From: an uncultured Gemmatimonadales bacterium
GTDB taxonomy: Bacteria; Gemmatimonadota; Gemmatimonadetes; Gemmatimonadales; GWC2-71-9
Assembly (NCBI GenBank): GCA_963779755.1
Contig: CAVZZO010000003.1
Location: 1,344,001 to 1,408,000, forward strand
DNA: 64,000 nucleotides
Direction of reading: 5' to 3'
Below, piece after piece: positions 10,517 to 22,145 of the stretch (within the stretch, counting starts at the first letter, position 1; each line of letters starts with the position of its first letter). The position numbers were made by a program, and so were the translations under genes. Below the pieces are notes generated by a model. The model did no database searches. It was not told the DNA's origin and saw nothing but the letters and a program-made list of their open reading frames with translations.

Positions 10517-12949
10517 ATGCCGGCCTGGTTTTCCGACCTTCGCTACGCGTTGCGCACCCTCCGGAGAAACCCGGGATTCGCCTTCACCGCCGTGCTCACG
10601 CTGATGCTCGGCATCGGCGCCGCCACGGTGATCTTCTCCGCCGTCAATGCCGTGCTGCTGCGCCCCCTGCCCTACCGCGATCCCGACCGTCTGGTCTCGC
10701 TCTGGGAGCAGAACACGGAAAAGGGCTGGCACAAGAACTGGGTCTCGGGGGCGGACTACCTGGACTGGAAAAACCAGGCGAGGGCCTTCCAGAGCATGGG
10801 AGCCTACTCGGATTTCATCTCGGGAATGACCCTGACCGGTGAGGGTGAGCCGGCCTACCTCCGGTCCGGCAAGGTCGCCGGCGGTCTGTTCGACGTGCTG
10901 GGCGTGCAGGCTCAACTCGGCCGCACCTTTCGCGAGGGAGAGACCTGGCAGACCGGCTCGCCCGGTGTGGTCCTGAGCGATGCAGTCTGGCGGGCCCATT
11001 TCGGCGCCGATCCGGCGATCGTGGGCCGCTCCATTACGCTCGACGGCCGGCCCTATGAAGTGCTCGGGGTCCTTCCCCGCAGCTTTCGCTTCCCGGTGCC
11101 GGGGCAGGAAATCTGGACCAGCTTCAACTGGGATCCCGCAGATCGTGGCGCCACCTGGTTCCGGCGAGCCCATTTTCTCCGCGTGGTCGGCCGGCTGGCG
11201 CCGGGACATACCCGGGAGCAGGCGGGCAGCGAGCTCCCCGCCATCGCGGCGCGGCTGGAGCGGGAGTATCCCCAGACCAATCGCCTGACGGGTGCGGGTG
11301 TCACCGGCTACCATGACTGGCTGGTGGGGGACCGCCGCACGCCTCTGCTGGTGCTGATGGGTGCGGTGACGCTGCTGCTCATCATGGCGTGCGTCAATGT
11401 CAGCAACCTTCTGCTGGTCCGCGCCGCCGCTCGGCGCAGGGAAATCGCCGTGCGCAGCGCGCTGGGCGCCGGGCGGCGCCGGTTACTGCGCCTGTCGTGG
11501 TCTGAAACCCTGGTGATCGCGGTCGTCGGGGGCGCCGCCGGGTTCCTCCTGGCCTACTGGGGTGTAGCGGCCCTCAACGCGGCCCGGCCGGCGGACCTGC
11601 TGGACCTGGGCCCGATCAGGATCTCCTGGTCGGTGCTGGCGTTTAGTCTGGGGGCGACCCTGGTCTGCGCCTTCCTCTTCAGCCTGCTGCCCGCCCTGGC
11701 CACGGTCCGGGTGAACCACCGGGCCGCGCTGAAGGAAGGCGGGCGAAGCGAGACCGGGCGCGGATCGCTTCGGATGGGCCAGGTCCTGGTGTCCCTGCAA
11801 GTCGCGCTAGCGCTGCTGCTTATGGTCGGCGCCGGCCTCCTGGTTCGCACGGTAGAGCGGCTGCAGAGCGTGAACCCCGGCTTCCAGACAGCCGGCCGGC
11901 TTGCGGTGACGGTCTCCCTGCCGTCGGCCTCCTATCCCGATGACAGGGCCGTCGTCCTGCTCGAGGGGCAGTTGCTGGAGCGGCTCCGTCATCTGCCGGG
12001 CGTGGAGAATGCCGCCGCGGTTTCTTCCCTGCCGCTTACCCGTCTCTCCTGGACCAGTGATTTCTCGGTCCGCGGCCGCCCGGTCGAGGCGGTGGGGCTG
12101 GAGGTGGTCCACCGGGAAGTCAGCCCGGGATATTTCCAGACCCTGGGCGTTCCCCTCCGGGCCGGGCGCACCTTCGAGGGGAGCGATGCACCGGGCGGCA
12201 CGCCGGTCATTGTGATCAACGATGTCCTGGCCCGGAAGTACTTCGCCGGCGAGAATCCGCTGGGCAAGCAGATCGCCTTCGACCGGGTGCCGGATGAGCA
12301 TTCGCTCTGGTGGACGATTATCGGGGTGGTGGGAAGCGAGCACCAGGCGGAGCTGTCCCTCTCGCCCCGGGCCGAGATCTTTACGCCCATCACCCAGGAC
12401 ACCAGAAGCACACTGCGTTACATCGTCCATACGGCGGGAGACGATCCCATGGCCCTGCTGCCCTCCGTCCGGCGGGCGGTAGCCGCACTCGACCGCAACC
12501 TGCCGGTCTTCGATACCCGGACGCTGGACCAGGTGCGGGTGAGCGCGATGAGCCGGCAGCGCTTTCTCCTGCTCCTGCTGGGCGCCTTCGGAACCGCTGC
12601 CCTGGTCCTGGCTGCCGTGGGGGTCTTCGGCGTGGCCTCGCAGAGCGCCCGCCGCCGTACCCGCGAGGTCGGTATCCGGATCGCCCTGGGTGCCCCGGCC
12701 GGAGCAGTGGTCCGGCTGATAGCTCAGCGGGGTGTGCTGCTGGCGGCCGCCGGCATGGCCGCGGGACTGATCGCCGCGCTGGCCGGAACCCGGCTGCTGG
12801 GCGGAGTGCTGTACGGCGTCGCGCCCAGCGATCCGCTTACCCTCGCGGCCACGGCGGTGCTGCTCCTGTCGGCAGTGCTGGTAGCCACCTGGCTGCCGGC
12901 ATGGCGCGCCAGCCGGGTGGACCCGATGACGGTGCTGAGAGAAGAGTAG
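10517..12949 (+). CDS. ADOP-family ABC permease #5
   Basis: ATG at 10517 with a GAGGAG SD inside the end of the previous gene; family motifs present. Confidence 0.92.
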   Translation: MPAWFSDLRYALRTLRRNPGFAFTAVLTLMLGIGAATVIFSAVNAVLLRPLPYRDPDRLVSLWEQNTEKGWHKNWVSGADYLDWKNQARAFQSMGAYSDFISGMTLTGEGEPAYLRSGKVAGGLFDVLGVQAQLGRTFREGETWQTGSPGVVLSDAVWRAHFGADPAIVGRSITLDGRPYEVLGVLPRSFRFPVPGQEIWTSFNWDPADRGATWFRRAHFLRVVGRLAPGHTREQAGSELPAIAARLEREYPQTNRLTGAGVTGYHDWLVGDRRTPLLVLMGAVTLLLIMACVNVSNLLLVRAAARRREIAVRSALGAGRRRLLRLSWSETLVIAVVGGAAGFLLAYWGVAALNAARPADLLDLGPIRISWSVLAFSLGATLVCAFLFSLLPALATVRVNHRAALKEGGRSETGRGSLRMGQVLVSLQVALALLLMVGAGLLVRTVERLQSVNPGFQTAGRLAVTVSLPSASYPDDRAVVLLEGQLLERLRHLPGVENAAAVSSLPLTRLSWTSDFSVRGRPVEAVGLEVVHREVSPGYFQTLGVPLRAGRTFEGSDAPGGTPVIVINDVLARKYFAGENPLGKQIAFDRVPDEHSLWWTIIGVVGSEHQAELSLSPRAEIFTPITQDTRSTLRYIVHTAGDDPMALLPSVRRAVAALDRNLPVFDTRTLDQVRVSAMSRQRFLLLLLGAFGTAALVLAAVGVFGVASQSARRRTREVGIRIALGAPAGAVVRLIAQRGVLLAAAGMAAGLIAALAGTRLLGGVLYGVAPSDPLTLAATAVLLLSAVLVATWLPAWRASRVDPMTVLREE

Positions 12950-13272
12950 AAGGACTCAGGACCGAGGACTGAGCGGGAAGCTGCTACGAGGCGAGGGCCC
13001 GGGTTGCCGGCGCAGGCACCACCGAACCGGGGGGTGGCGGGGTGGTATCGGTGCTGCCGGAGCCGGCACGCCGGACCGAGCGCCGCGCGACAGAAGCCTG
13101 AGGACTGAGGACTGGGGACTGAGGACTGGGGACTGAGGACTGAGGACTGAGGACTGAGGACTGAGCGGAAAGCTCCGCCCTACCGCCATACGCCGGAAAG
13201 GACTCCAATGCAGTCTCTGCTCTTCGATCTCCGTTACGCGTTCCGCGGTCTGCGCAAGAGTCCGGGGTTCGC
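12908..13272 (+). repeat. ~365-bp direct repeat copy 1 (ADOP 3' end + family-B hairpin + (TGAGGAC)n + RBS + ADOP 5' end)
   Basis: Near-identical to 15626-15994 by direct comparison. Confidence 0.92.
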
Positions 13273-15667
13273 CGCGGTTGCCGTGCTGACGCTGGCGATC
13301 GGCATCGCGGCGGCGACGGCCGGCTTCAGCCTGGTTAACTGGGTCCTGCTCCGGCCGCTTCCAGGAGTTCGCGGAGCAGAAGGATTAGGACTGGTCTGGA
13401 TAGCTCAGCGACTGCCCGGAGGCGGCATGCAGCCGAACGGACTGCTTCCCCCCGATGTAGCGCAGCTTTCCCGGCTGACCCCGGCGCTGACCGCGCTGAT
13501 AGGATACCAGGGAGGGGACGTGAATCTTGCGCTGCCCGGCGCGCCCCCGCGCAGGATGAACGCGACGTTCGCCATGCCCGGCTATTTCCAGGCGCTGGGC
13601 ACGCGTATGAAGATGGGCCGTGCGCTTGGTCCTGCCGATTACAGCGGTCGAACCGGCGCAGATGTGATGGTGATCAGCGACCATATCTGGCGTTCCCTGC
13701 TGGGGAGCACACCGGATATCATCGGCCGCCGCCTCGCGATCAACGGAATTCCGTTCAGTGTCGTGGGCGTCGCCGAGCGGGGATTCCGGGACATCAACCG
13801 GCTGGACCCGGTGGATCTCTGGCTACCCTCGCCCACCCTCGGCGTGGTGGCGCACTTCAAAGCGGAGTACCAGGGGCCGTCCGATCTGTACCAGTACGTG
13901 GCGCGCCTGTCACCCCGCGCGGACTGGGCAATCGCCGAACGCCAGCTGCAAGCGGCCATGCGGGGCATCGTTGTCGCGGCGCCGGACCGGTTTAATAACA
14001 GGACTACGGCCACGGTCTTCGCCGGCCTGGGTCTCCAGGCGCTGGGGCGCGACAGTATCGGATTCAGCCTGCGAGTCACCATGATCGTCGCAGGCCTCGT
14101 GCTGCTCGGCGCGTGTGCCAACGCCGGGAATCTCCTCCTGTTCCGCCGCCTGCAGCGCCGGGCCGACGGGGTCATTCGCCTCGCGCTGGGGGCCAGTCGC
14201 GCCCGTCTCTTCCGCCATCATCTGGCAGAGAGCGTGCTCCTGGGTCTGCTCGGAGCCATGGGATCTCTCCCCCTCCTCCCCATGGCACTACGCGGACTCG
14301 AGGGTCTTCGGGTGGGATGGTCCCCACTGGGGCACGTCAGCCTCGATTGGCGGGTCTTCGCTTTCGCGGCGGGCACCGGGCTCGTCGCGGCATTCCTGGC
14401 CGGGACGATTCCTGCCTGGCTGGGATCCCGGCTGGACCTCACGGCCGAGCTTAAGGAAAACGGCCCCGCGCAATCGTCGCGTGCGCCTCGGCTGCGGACC
14501 GCTCTGGTTGTCGTGCAGATCGCGGTCGCATTGACCATGGCGAGCGGGGGCTACCTGTTCGCACGGACACTGGAGAATCTCGCACACGTCCCGCTGGGGC
14601 TCGACCCCGATCAGGTAAGCGTCTTCTATGTGCGCCCAAAGGCAATGGGATACTCCCCGGAACGGACCCGGGCCTACCTGGCCTCGCTGGCGGCAGGCGT
14701 GCGTGCCGCTCCGGGGGTGCGGCAGGTTGCGCTGGCGGAGTTGACGCCCTTCCTCGGTATCTCTCATTCCGCCCAGCTGCACCGGGCCGGAGGATCGGCT
14801 GACGACGAAATCGAGGTGAATGTCAATCACGTGAGCCCGGACTATTTCAGTACCTTGCATATTGGCCGGGTCCGGGGACGAACCTTCAACGGTGCGGAGA
14901 TTGTTCCAGACAGCCAGGCGCCGCGGGTCATACTCAGCCGGTCTCTGGCGACGCGCCTGTTCGGGGCCGGGGACCCTGTCGGGCAGCTGGTCGCGTTCGG
15001 GTCGAGCCGGCCCTCGACCGCCACGGTGGTTGGGGTGGTGGAGGACAGCCGGTGGCTCGGGCCGCAGGAGGAAGCGGAACCCATGCTTTACGCTCCGCTG
15101 GGACAAGGTGAAGGCGGCGCGGCCTGGCTGGAGGAGGCGATGCTGCTGGCAAAGGGTCCGGATGCTGGCACGGTAGCTCGCGCGGTGCAACGCGCCGCCC
15201 GTGTGCTGGATCCCGGACTTCCCATCGAGCCCCGCGGCACCCTGCGGGAGGCGGTATCGGCCACAGTGGCAAGCCGCACCTTCTTCTTCCGCGTCGTGGG
15301 CACACTGGCCATCATCACCCTCGTCCTGACGGGGGTCGGCGTGTACTCCCTGGCGGCATTCGGCGTTGCCTCCCGGCGGCGAGAGTTCGGCATCCGCATC
15401 GCGCTGGGGGCGGACGCGGGGGACCTCCTGAGCGCCGTAATCCGGCCTGCCGCCTGGATGGTATTAGCCGGGGTGCTGGCCGGCACTGCCGGTGCGCTGC
15501 TTATCAACCGCCATATCCGGAGTCTCCTGTTCCGGGTGAGCCCGTTCGATGTCACGGCGTTCCTCGGGGCGGCCGCGCTCCTGACGATAATCGTGTTCCT
15601 GGCGAGCTATCTGCCCGCTCGCCGGGCCAGCCGGGTGGATCCGATGACAGTGCTGAGAGAAGAGTAG
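13208..15667 (+). CDS. ADOP-family ABC permease #6 (divergent interior)
   Basis: 819 aa; termini match the neighbours while internal motifs are degenerate ([13 protein letters not shown]). Confidence 0.9.
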   Translation: MQSLLFDLRYAFRGLRKSPGFAAVAVLTLAIGIAAATAGFSLVNWVLLRPLPGVRGAEGLGLVWIAQRLPGGGMQPNGLLPPDVAQLSRLTPALTALIGYQGGDVNLALPGAPPRRMNATFAMPGYFQALGTRMKMGRALGPADYSGRTGADVMVISDHIWRSLLGSTPDIIGRRLAINGIPFSVVGVAERGFRDINRLDPVDLWLPSPTLGVVAHFKAEYQGPSDLYQYVARLSPRADWAIAERQLQAAMRGIVVAAPDRFNNRTTATVFAGLGLQALGRDSIGFSLRVTMIVAGLVLLGACANAGNLLLFRRLQRRADGVIRLALGASRARLFRHHLAESVLLGLLGAMGSLPLLPMALRGLEGLRVGWSPLGHVSLDWRVFAFAAGTGLVAAFLAGTIPAWLGSRLDLTAELKENGPAQSSRAPRLRTALVVVQIAVALTMASGGYLFARTLENLAHVPLGLDPDQVSVFYVRPKAMGYSPERTRAYLASLAAGVRAAPGVRQVALAELTPFLGISHSAQLHRAGGSADDEIEVNVNHVSPDYFSTLHIGRVRGRTFNGAEIVPDSQAPRVILSRSLATRLFGAGDPVGQLVAFGSSRPSTATVVGVVEDSRWLGPQEEAEPMLYAPLGQGEGGAAWLEEAMLLAKGPDAGTVARAVQRAARVLDPGLPIEPRGTLREAVSATVASRTFFFRVVGTLAIITLVLTGVGVYSLAAFGVASRRREFGIRIALGADAGDLLSAVIRPAAWMVLAGVLAGTAGALLINRHIRSLLFRVSPFDVTAFLGAAALLTIIVFLASYLPARRASRVDPMTVLREE

Positions 15668-15994
15668 AAAGGACTGAGGACTGAGGACTGAGGACTGAGC
15701 GGGAAGCTGCTACGGGGCGAGGGCCCGGGGTTGCCGGCGCAGGCACCACCGAACCCGGGGGGTGGCGGGGTGGTATCGGTGCTGCCGGAGCCGGCACGCC
15801 GGACCGAGCGCCGCCCGACAGAAGCCTGAGGACTGAGGACTGAGGACTGAGGACTGAGGACTGAGGACTGAGGACTGAGGACTGAGCGGAAAGCTACCGC
15901 CCTACCGCCATACGCCGGAAAGGACTCCAATGCAGGCTCTGCTCTTCGATCTCCGTTACGCGTTCCGCGGGCTGCGCAAGAGTCCAGGGTTCGC
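15626..15994 (+). repeat. ~369-bp direct repeat copy 2
   Basis: Matches 12908-13272; family-B hairpin at 15697-15826 and heptamer run at 15827-15886. Confidence 0.92.
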
Positions 15995-18353
15995 TCTGAC
16001 TGTGGTGCTGACCCTGGCTCTCGGCATCGGCGCCAACACCACCATCTTCAGCGTGGTCGATGCGGTCCTGCTCCGCCCGCTGGAATACGACCGGCCGGAG
16101 CAGCTGGTTCAGATCCAGGCCCGCGATCCCCGGAGCGGCAAGGCGCTGAGCCAGCTCTCCTACCCCGACTACCGGGAACTGCGTTCCCAGGGCCGCACCA
16201 TCAGGTCGTTCGGGGTATTCCGCTACTGGCTCTTCAACCTGTCCGGCGACGAAGGATCGGAAGCGGTCCTGGGTATCTGGGCGGACGACAGTTTGTTCAG
16301 CGCCGCCCTGCATCTGCGGCCCAGGCTCGGCGCCCTGTTCGCGGGGGGCGGCGGACCGGGAAGCACCAGGCAGGCCCTCTTGAGCAACGGCCTCTGGCAC
16401 CGCCGGTACGGGGCCGACCCCCGGATTGTGGGGCGGACCATCCAGGTGGATGGCCTCCCCACCACGGTGGCGGGCGTACTCCCCGAGGGATTTCGCTTCC
16501 CTGAACTGGTCCCGGCGAACACGCCTCTCCCCACCCGTGAACCGGATGTCTATCTGCCCATCGGCCTGGAACCGGCCAACCACAACGATAGCGGGAACTA
16601 CAACTACTGGGTGCTGGGGCGGCTCGCCCCCGGCGTGGGATTGCCGGCCGCGCAGGGCGACCTGGCCGCCATCACCCGGCGGCTGGCAGAGCGATATCCC
16701 GACGAGGTGAATCGGACGCTGGTGGCGCAACCCCTGAAGACACGGGTGGTGGGCGACGCCAGGGAACCGCTGTTGGTGCTCTTTGGCGCGGTGGGGCTGG
16801 TGCTGCTGATCGCCTGCACCAACATCGGCGGCCTGCTTATTACCCGCCTCGCCGCCCGACAGCGCGAGTTCGACATCCGGGCGGCGCTGGGCGCATCCCG
16901 CCGCCGGCTGGCACGCCAGCTCGGGACCGAAGTGCTGGTGCTCGCGGCGCTGGGCGGCGCGGCCGGGGTCATCCTGTCCATCTGGGGCATCCATGCCGTC
17001 CGGGTGGCCGCGCCGGGCACCATTCCCCGGCTGCGTGAGGTGACGCTGAACTGGCGTATTCTGGCCTTTGCGATGGCGGCATCGGGCCTGGCGGCGGTGC
17101 TCTTTGGCGTGGCACCCGCTTTCCGGCCTCCCTCGGGAGAATCGGTCGTCCATGATACGGGGCGAATGAGCGTGGGGAAGGGCCACCGGCGCCTGAGGCT
17201 GGCACTGGTCGTCTCTCAGGTAGGGCTGTCGGTCCTCCTGCTCACCGGCGCCGGCCTGCTCTTCCGCAGCTTTATCCGGCTGGCCTCCGTGGATCCGGGC
17301 TTCGACGGCAGCAATGTGATCACCATGTTCTCCCTGCTGGCGCCGTCCCGGTATTCAGAGCTGGCTCCGGCCATTGCGTATCAGCGCCAGGTGCTTCAGC
17401 GGATCGAGGCACTCCCCGGCGTGAGCGCGGTCGGGACCGTCAATACCCTGCCCCTCAGCAACCTGGGCAGCACCAGCTCCATCTATATCGTCGGCCGCCC
17501 CATGCCCGGCCCCGGCAGCATGCCCGACGTAGGCAGCCGGAGCATCGGCGGTGACTACTTCAAGGTGCTCCGGATTCCGCTGGTAGCGGGTCGCCTCTTC
17601 TCACCGGGAGACACCCTGGGCGCTCCCGGGGTCGTGGTCGTCAATCAGGCCTTCGTACGCCGGTTCTTCCCGGGTGAGAATCCCCTGGGACGGAAGCTCG
17701 GACTCGACGGCAACGAGTGGACCATCGCCGGGGTGGTGGGGGACACCCGCGGCGTTGCGCTCGACTCCGCAGCCGTGCCGGAGGTGAGCTATCCCTATGA
17801 TCAGGCACCCGGGCCCGTGATTACGCTGGCGATCCGCACCCGCGACGCTCCTCGCGCACACCTGACCGCCATCCAGCGAACCCTGGCAGCGATCGATCCG
17901 GAGCAGTCCTTCTATGCCGTGCGGACCATGCCGGAACTCATGGCCAGCTCTCTGGCGCAGCGGCGGTTCAATCTCTGGCTGCTGGGCGGCTTCGCGGTCG
18001 CGGCGCTGGCACTCGCGGCATTGGGCCTCTATGGCCTGATCGCCTATTCCGTACGCCAGCGCACCCGGGAGATCGGCATCCGCATGGCCCTCGGCGCCGA
18101 CCGGCGGGGAGTGCTCTCGCTGGTGCTGCGGGAGGGCATGCTGCTCACGCTGACCGGCCTGGGACTGGGTCTCCTCGCCGCCGTGCCGCTCTCCCGGCTC
18201 CTCGCGAGCCAACTGTACCATACCGCCCGACTCGATCCGGTGGCCCTGGGTTCGGTGGTGGCCATCTTCGCATCGGTGGCGGGCCTTGCCAGCCTGCTCC
18301 CCGCCCGGCGCGCCGCCCGGGTGGACCCGATGACGGTCCTGCGCGAGGAGTGA
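15930..18353 (+). CDS. ADOP-family ABC permease #7
   Basis: 807 aa with the family motifs; ends DPMTVLREE. Confidence 0.93.
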   Translation: MQALLFDLRYAFRGLRKSPGFALTVVLTLALGIGANTTIFSVVDAVLLRPLEYDRPEQLVQIQARDPRSGKALSQLSYPDYRELRSQGRTIRSFGVFRYWLFNLSGDEGSEAVLGIWADDSLFSAALHLRPRLGALFAGGGGPGSTRQALLSNGLWHRRYGADPRIVGRTIQVDGLPTTVAGVLPEGFRFPELVPANTPLPTREPDVYLPIGLEPANHNDSGNYNYWVLGRLAPGVGLPAAQGDLAAITRRLAERYPDEVNRTLVAQPLKTRVVGDAREPLLVLFGAVGLVLLIACTNIGGLLITRLAARQREFDIRAALGASRRRLARQLGTEVLVLAALGGAAGVILSIWGIHAVRVAAPGTIPRLREVTLNWRILAFAMAASGLAAVLFGVAPAFRPPSGESVVHDTGRMSVGKGHRRLRLALVVSQVGLSVLLLTGAGLLFRSFIRLASVDPGFDGSNVITMFSLLAPSRYSELAPAIAYQRQVLQRIEALPGVSAVGTVNTLPLSNLGSTSSIYIVGRPMPGPGSMPDVGSRSIGGDYFKVLRIPLVAGRLFSPGDTLGAPGVVVVNQAFVRRFFPGENPLGRKLGLDGNEWTIAGVVGDTRGVALDSAAVPEVSYPYDQAPGPVITLAIRTRDAPRAHLTAIQRTLAAIDPEQSFYAVRTMPELMASSLAQRRFNLWLLGGFAVAALALAALGLYGLIAYSVRQRTREIGIRMALGADRRGVLSLVLREGMLLTLTGLGLGLLAAVPLSRLLASQLYHTARLDPVALGSVVAIFASVAGLASLLPARRAARVDPMTVLREE

Positions 18354-18447
18354 GGCCCCGATGGAAAGGGAAGACAGAAGGGGTGAGGCGTGACACGCCG
18401 GACGCCTCACGCCTTACGCCTCAATGCCTCACGGGACAAGGGACCCC

Positions 18448-20853
18448 ATGACCTCAGTGATCGCCGATCTCCGCTATGCCATCCGCGGCTTGCGCAAGAG
18501 CCCGGGGTTCACCCTCGCCGCGGTCCTCACGCTGGGGCTGGGAATCGGGGGAACCACGACGATGTTCAGCGTGCTGAACGGGGTTCTGCTGCGCCCCCTC
18601 CCCTACCCGGAACCTGCGCGCCTGGTCACCTTCGCCGAGACAAATCCGCGATACCACGGTGCCATCGGTGTCACCTACCCGGAATTCGACTTTCTGCGGG
18701 CGAACGCAACGGTGTTCGACGGCCTGACGGCGACGACGCCAGTCGGCTTCAACCTGTTCGCGGGCGATCGGGCGGAGCGGGTGCGGGGCCTGCGGGTAGC
18801 GAGCGACTACTTCCGGGTTCTCGGTGCACGGCCGGCGCTGGGGCAGGCCTTCACCGCCGCCCAGGACCAGCCCGACGGCCCGGATGTCCTCGTGCTGAGC
18901 CACGGGCTGTGGGTCCGGCGCTTCGGCGGATCGCGGGATGTGATCGGCCGGAACGTGCTGCTGGACGGCAGGTCCTACCGGATCATCGGGGTCATGCCGG
19001 CCGATTTCCAGGCGTTCCCCGCCGTCGCTCTCTGGACCACGATCGCCCAGGTCGGCGCCACCATCGGCGGCGGTCGTAACCTCACGGTCATCGGCCGGTT
19101 GCGCCCGGGACTCTCGCTGCAACAGGCGGAGGCCCGGATGCCGGGCCTGACCGGCGCGTTCCGCGCACGGTTCGACAAACGGCTGGACCAGGCGAGCCTG
19201 CTCGACCTGATGCCGTACCGCAGCCTGGTCGTGGAGGATACCGGAAGGGAGATCGGCCTTCTGTTCGGCGCCACCGCACTGGTGCTGCTCATCGCCTGCG
19301 CCAACGTTGCGGCGCTGGTGCTGGGCCGCACCGCCTCGCGCGCAAGGGAACTCGCCGTCCGCGCGGCAACGGGGGCGACCCGCGGCCGGCTGGCGCGCCT
19401 GCTGCTCACCGAGAGCCTGGTGCTCTCCCTGGCCGGCGGTCTCATGGGTCTGCTGGTGGCGCGGGCCGGCCTGCGCAGTCTGCTCGCCCTCGCTCCGGAG
19501 GCGCTTCCCAGACTGGCGGGCGTACACCTGGACGCAACAGCGCTGGGATTCGGCCTCGCGCTGTCCCTGCTCACGGGCATGGGCTTCGGCCTGGCCCCCG
19601 CTTGGCGCAGCGCCCGAACCCGCGCGGATGAGGCCCTGGCGCAGAGTGCGGGCCGCACCACCAACTCGCGGCGGGCCACCCGGGCCCGCGGCCTGCTGGT
19701 GACTCTGGAAGTCGCGCTCTCGCTCATGCTCCTGGTAGGCGCGGGACTCCTGTTGCAGAGCTATGCCCGGCTCATGCGGGTGGATCCAGGATTCCGGACC
19801 GGGCACCTGCTTACCGCCGAAGTGTGGCTCACCGGAGCGCGCTACGACTCGGCCGGCACCCTGACCCGGTTCTACGACCGGCTGACGGACCGGCTGGAAC
19901 GCGTGCCCGGCGTCCGGTCCGCCGCGATGGTCGAGGCCGGCCTGCCGCTGGAGCACGGCGGGAACACCGGGATCCAGCTGGACAATGATCCCGCCTGGCA
20001 CGGCGCCGACTATCGCACCGTTACTCCCGGCTATTTCGCCCTCCTGGGCGTCCCGCTGTTGCGGGGCCGCGCCTTCAGCAAGTCCGACCTGGCGGAGACG
20101 GAACCGGTCGCGCTGGTGAACGCGTCTCTCGCCCGCTCCTATTTCGGCGATTCGCTTGCCGTGGGCCATTTTATAAAGATCGAGGGAGTGGCCCGGCGAA
20201 TCGTCGGCATGGTGGGCGACGTCCGTTCGCGGGTGGATCAGCCGGCCCCTCCCAGCGTATTTCTGCCCGCGGCGCAGACGCCGGCCGGACTGACCCGTGC
20301 CTTCGTAAGCTGGTATCCGATCCATGTGCTGGTGCGCACCGCCGTCGCACCGGAGGCGCTGCGGACCTCATTGCGGCAGGCCATCGCCGCCACCGATCCC
20401 GCCGTTCCGGTCGGCCAGGTCCGCACTATGGACCGGGTATTCGACGACGCCCTGGCCCTGCGGCACTTTATCATGCTGCAGCTGGCCCTGTTCGCCGCCA
20501 CCGCCCTTGCGCTGGCCGCGGTGGGGATCTACGGAGTCATGTCGAACCTCATGCTGCAGCGAACCCGTGAGATCGGAATCCGGATGGCCTTGGGAGCGAT
20601 GCCCGGCAGGATCGTGCGGAAGATGCTGGGCTACGGGCTGCGATTCGTCCTGCTCGGCGCCATGGCCGGCCTGGCGATCGCCCTGGCACTCACCGGAATG
20701 CTCGCGAGCCAGCTCTACGGCGTCCATCCGCGCAGCATCGCCGCGTTCGCGGGCGCCACGGCCGTCCTTGCGGGCGTCGCCCTGCTGGCGGCATGGCTGC
20801 CGGCCCGCCGGGCCACGCGGGTGGATCCGGCGCGGGTTCTGAGAGAAGAGTAG
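18448..20853 (+). CDS. ADOP-family ABC permease #8
   Basis: ATG at 18448 ([21 protein letters not shown]); ends DPARVLREE. Confidence 0.93.
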   Translation: MTSVIADLRYAIRGLRKSPGFTLAAVLTLGLGIGGTTTMFSVLNGVLLRPLPYPEPARLVTFAETNPRYHGAIGVTYPEFDFLRANATVFDGLTATTPVGFNLFAGDRAERVRGLRVASDYFRVLGARPALGQAFTAAQDQPDGPDVLVLSHGLWVRRFGGSRDVIGRNVLLDGRSYRIIGVMPADFQAFPAVALWTTIAQVGATIGGGRNLTVIGRLRPGLSLQQAEARMPGLTGAFRARFDKRLDQASLLDLMPYRSLVVEDTGREIGLLFGATALVLLIACANVAALVLGRTASRARELAVRAATGATRGRLARLLLTESLVLSLAGGLMGLLVARAGLRSLLALAPEALPRLAGVHLDATALGFGLALSLLTGMGFGLAPAWRSARTRADEALAQSAGRTTNSRRATRARGLLVTLEVALSLMLLVGAGLLLQSYARLMRVDPGFRTGHLLTAEVWLTGARYDSAGTLTRFYDRLTDRLERVPGVRSAAMVEAGLPLEHGGNTGIQLDNDPAWHGADYRTVTPGYFALLGVPLLRGRAFSKSDLAETEPVALVNASLARSYFGDSLAVGHFIKIEGVARRIVGMVGDVRSRVDQPAPPSVFLPAAQTPAGLTRAFVSWYPIHVLVRTAVAPEALRTSLRQAIAATDPAVPVGQVRTMDRVFDDALALRHFIMLQLALFAATALALAAVGIYGVMSNLMLQRTREIGIRMALGAMPGRIVRKMLGYGLRFVLLGAMAGLAIALALTGMLASQLYGVHPRSIAAFAGATAVLAGVALLAAWLPARRATRVDPARVLREE

Positions 20854-20903
20854 AACGGACCGAGGACCGTGCCGGAGAAACCAGAAAGGGATGGAGAGGA
20901 CAC

Positions 20904-22055
20904 ATGGATTCCTTGCCTGCCGTTGCCCGAGTCGCCGGCCCCGGCGCTACCCTCCTGCTGCTCGCCACCTCGCTCGCCGCCCAGACGACCGCCGGCTTCG
21001 TCACCCGGCTTGGGAACGACACGGTCGCCGTGGAGCGCTACGAGGCCTCCCCTACCGTTATCCGGGGCATCAGTGTCAGCCGGGTGCCGTCCACCCGGGT
21101 CGCGCGATACGACATGACCCTGGCCCACGACGGAACGATCGACCGGCTGCATATCGCCGTCGCGACTCCCGGAGGCCGGCCCCTGGCTGAAGTCGACTAT
21201 CGCTATTTCGACGACAGCGTAGTGCTTACCCAGAAACGCGACACCCTGAGCCGGACCATGACCATCCCGGTGACCGGACGTCCCCTGCCGTTCAGCAACA
21301 CCACGGTCGCCGGGTGGGAGGTGGTGCTACAGCACCTGCACGGCGGTCACATGCGCATGCTGGCCGGGAGAGAGCCGCTCGATTATGCGGTAACCCGCCT
21401 GGGCAACGGCGAGGTCCGGCTGATCACCTCGGATCACGACTACAGCCCTCTGGAGGCACGCCTGGGAGCCAATGGCCGGCTGCAGGAATTCGACTTCCGT
21501 GGAACGACCGACAAGTACCTGGCCACCCGCGTGGCCGACGTGGATGTCGAAGGGCTTGCCGCCCGCTTCGCCGCCGCCGACCAGGCCGGCCACGGCCTGG
21601 GAACCCTCTCCCCCCGGGATACCGCACGCGCTCAGCTTGGCGGGGCTCGGGTCATGGTGGACTACGGCCGCCCCTCGGCGCGGGGCCGGGTGATCTTCGG
21701 CAACGTGGTCCGCTGGGGGCAGGTATGGCGCCTCGGAGCCAACGAGGCCACGCAGCTCATCACCGACCGGGATCTGGTCATCGAGGGCGCCACCGTGCCA
21801 GCCGGTAGCTATTCGCTCTGGGCCATCCCGAACAGCGGCGGCTGGAAGCTGGTCATCAACAAGCAGCACGGCCAGTGGGGCACGGAGTACCACCCGGAGC
21901 AGGATCTGGCGCGCGTGCCCATGCAGACCTCGCGTTTGTCCGACCCGGTCGAGCGAATGACCGTCCGGATCGACCTGGGCGAGCAAGGCGGTGCCATCGT
22001 CGTCCGTTGGGCGGATACCGAAGCCCGGGTTGCGGTGACGGCGAGGGGTGGGTGA
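20904..22055 (+). CDS. Secreted protein with C-terminal DUF2911 domain
   Basis: Signal-like N-terminus (LLLLATSLAAQ); LSPRD...VDYGRPSARGRVIFG..WRLGANEAT is typical of DUF2911. Confidence 0.8.
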   Translation: MDSLPAVARVAGPGATLLLLATSLAAQTTAGFVTRLGNDTVAVERYEASPTVIRGISVSRVPSTRVARYDMTLAHDGTIDRLHIAVATPGGRPLAEVDYRYFDDSVVLTQKRDTLSRTMTIPVTGRPLPFSNTTVAGWEVVLQHLHGGHMRMLAGREPLDYAVTRLGNGEVRLITSDHDYSPLEARLGANGRLQEFDFRGTTDKYLATRVADVDVEGLAARFAAADQAGHGLGTLSPRDTARAQLGGARVMVDYGRPSARGRVIFGNVVRWGQVWRLGANEATQLITDRDLVIEGATVPAGSYSLWAIPNSGGWKLVINKQHGQWGTEYHPEQDLARVPMQTSRLSDPVERMTVRIDLGEQGGAIVVRWADTEARVAVTARGG

Positions 22056-22145
22056 GATGATCGCGAGGCGTTAGGTGGGCACCCCTTACGCCTCACGTCT
22101 GACCCCTTACCATTCCCTTTTCCCTTTTCCCTTTTCCCTGTTCTC

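Noticed and set aside
12950..13207. Integron attC sites between permease genes
   Set aside because: No RYYYAAC...GTTRRRY boundaries and no integrase in the window.
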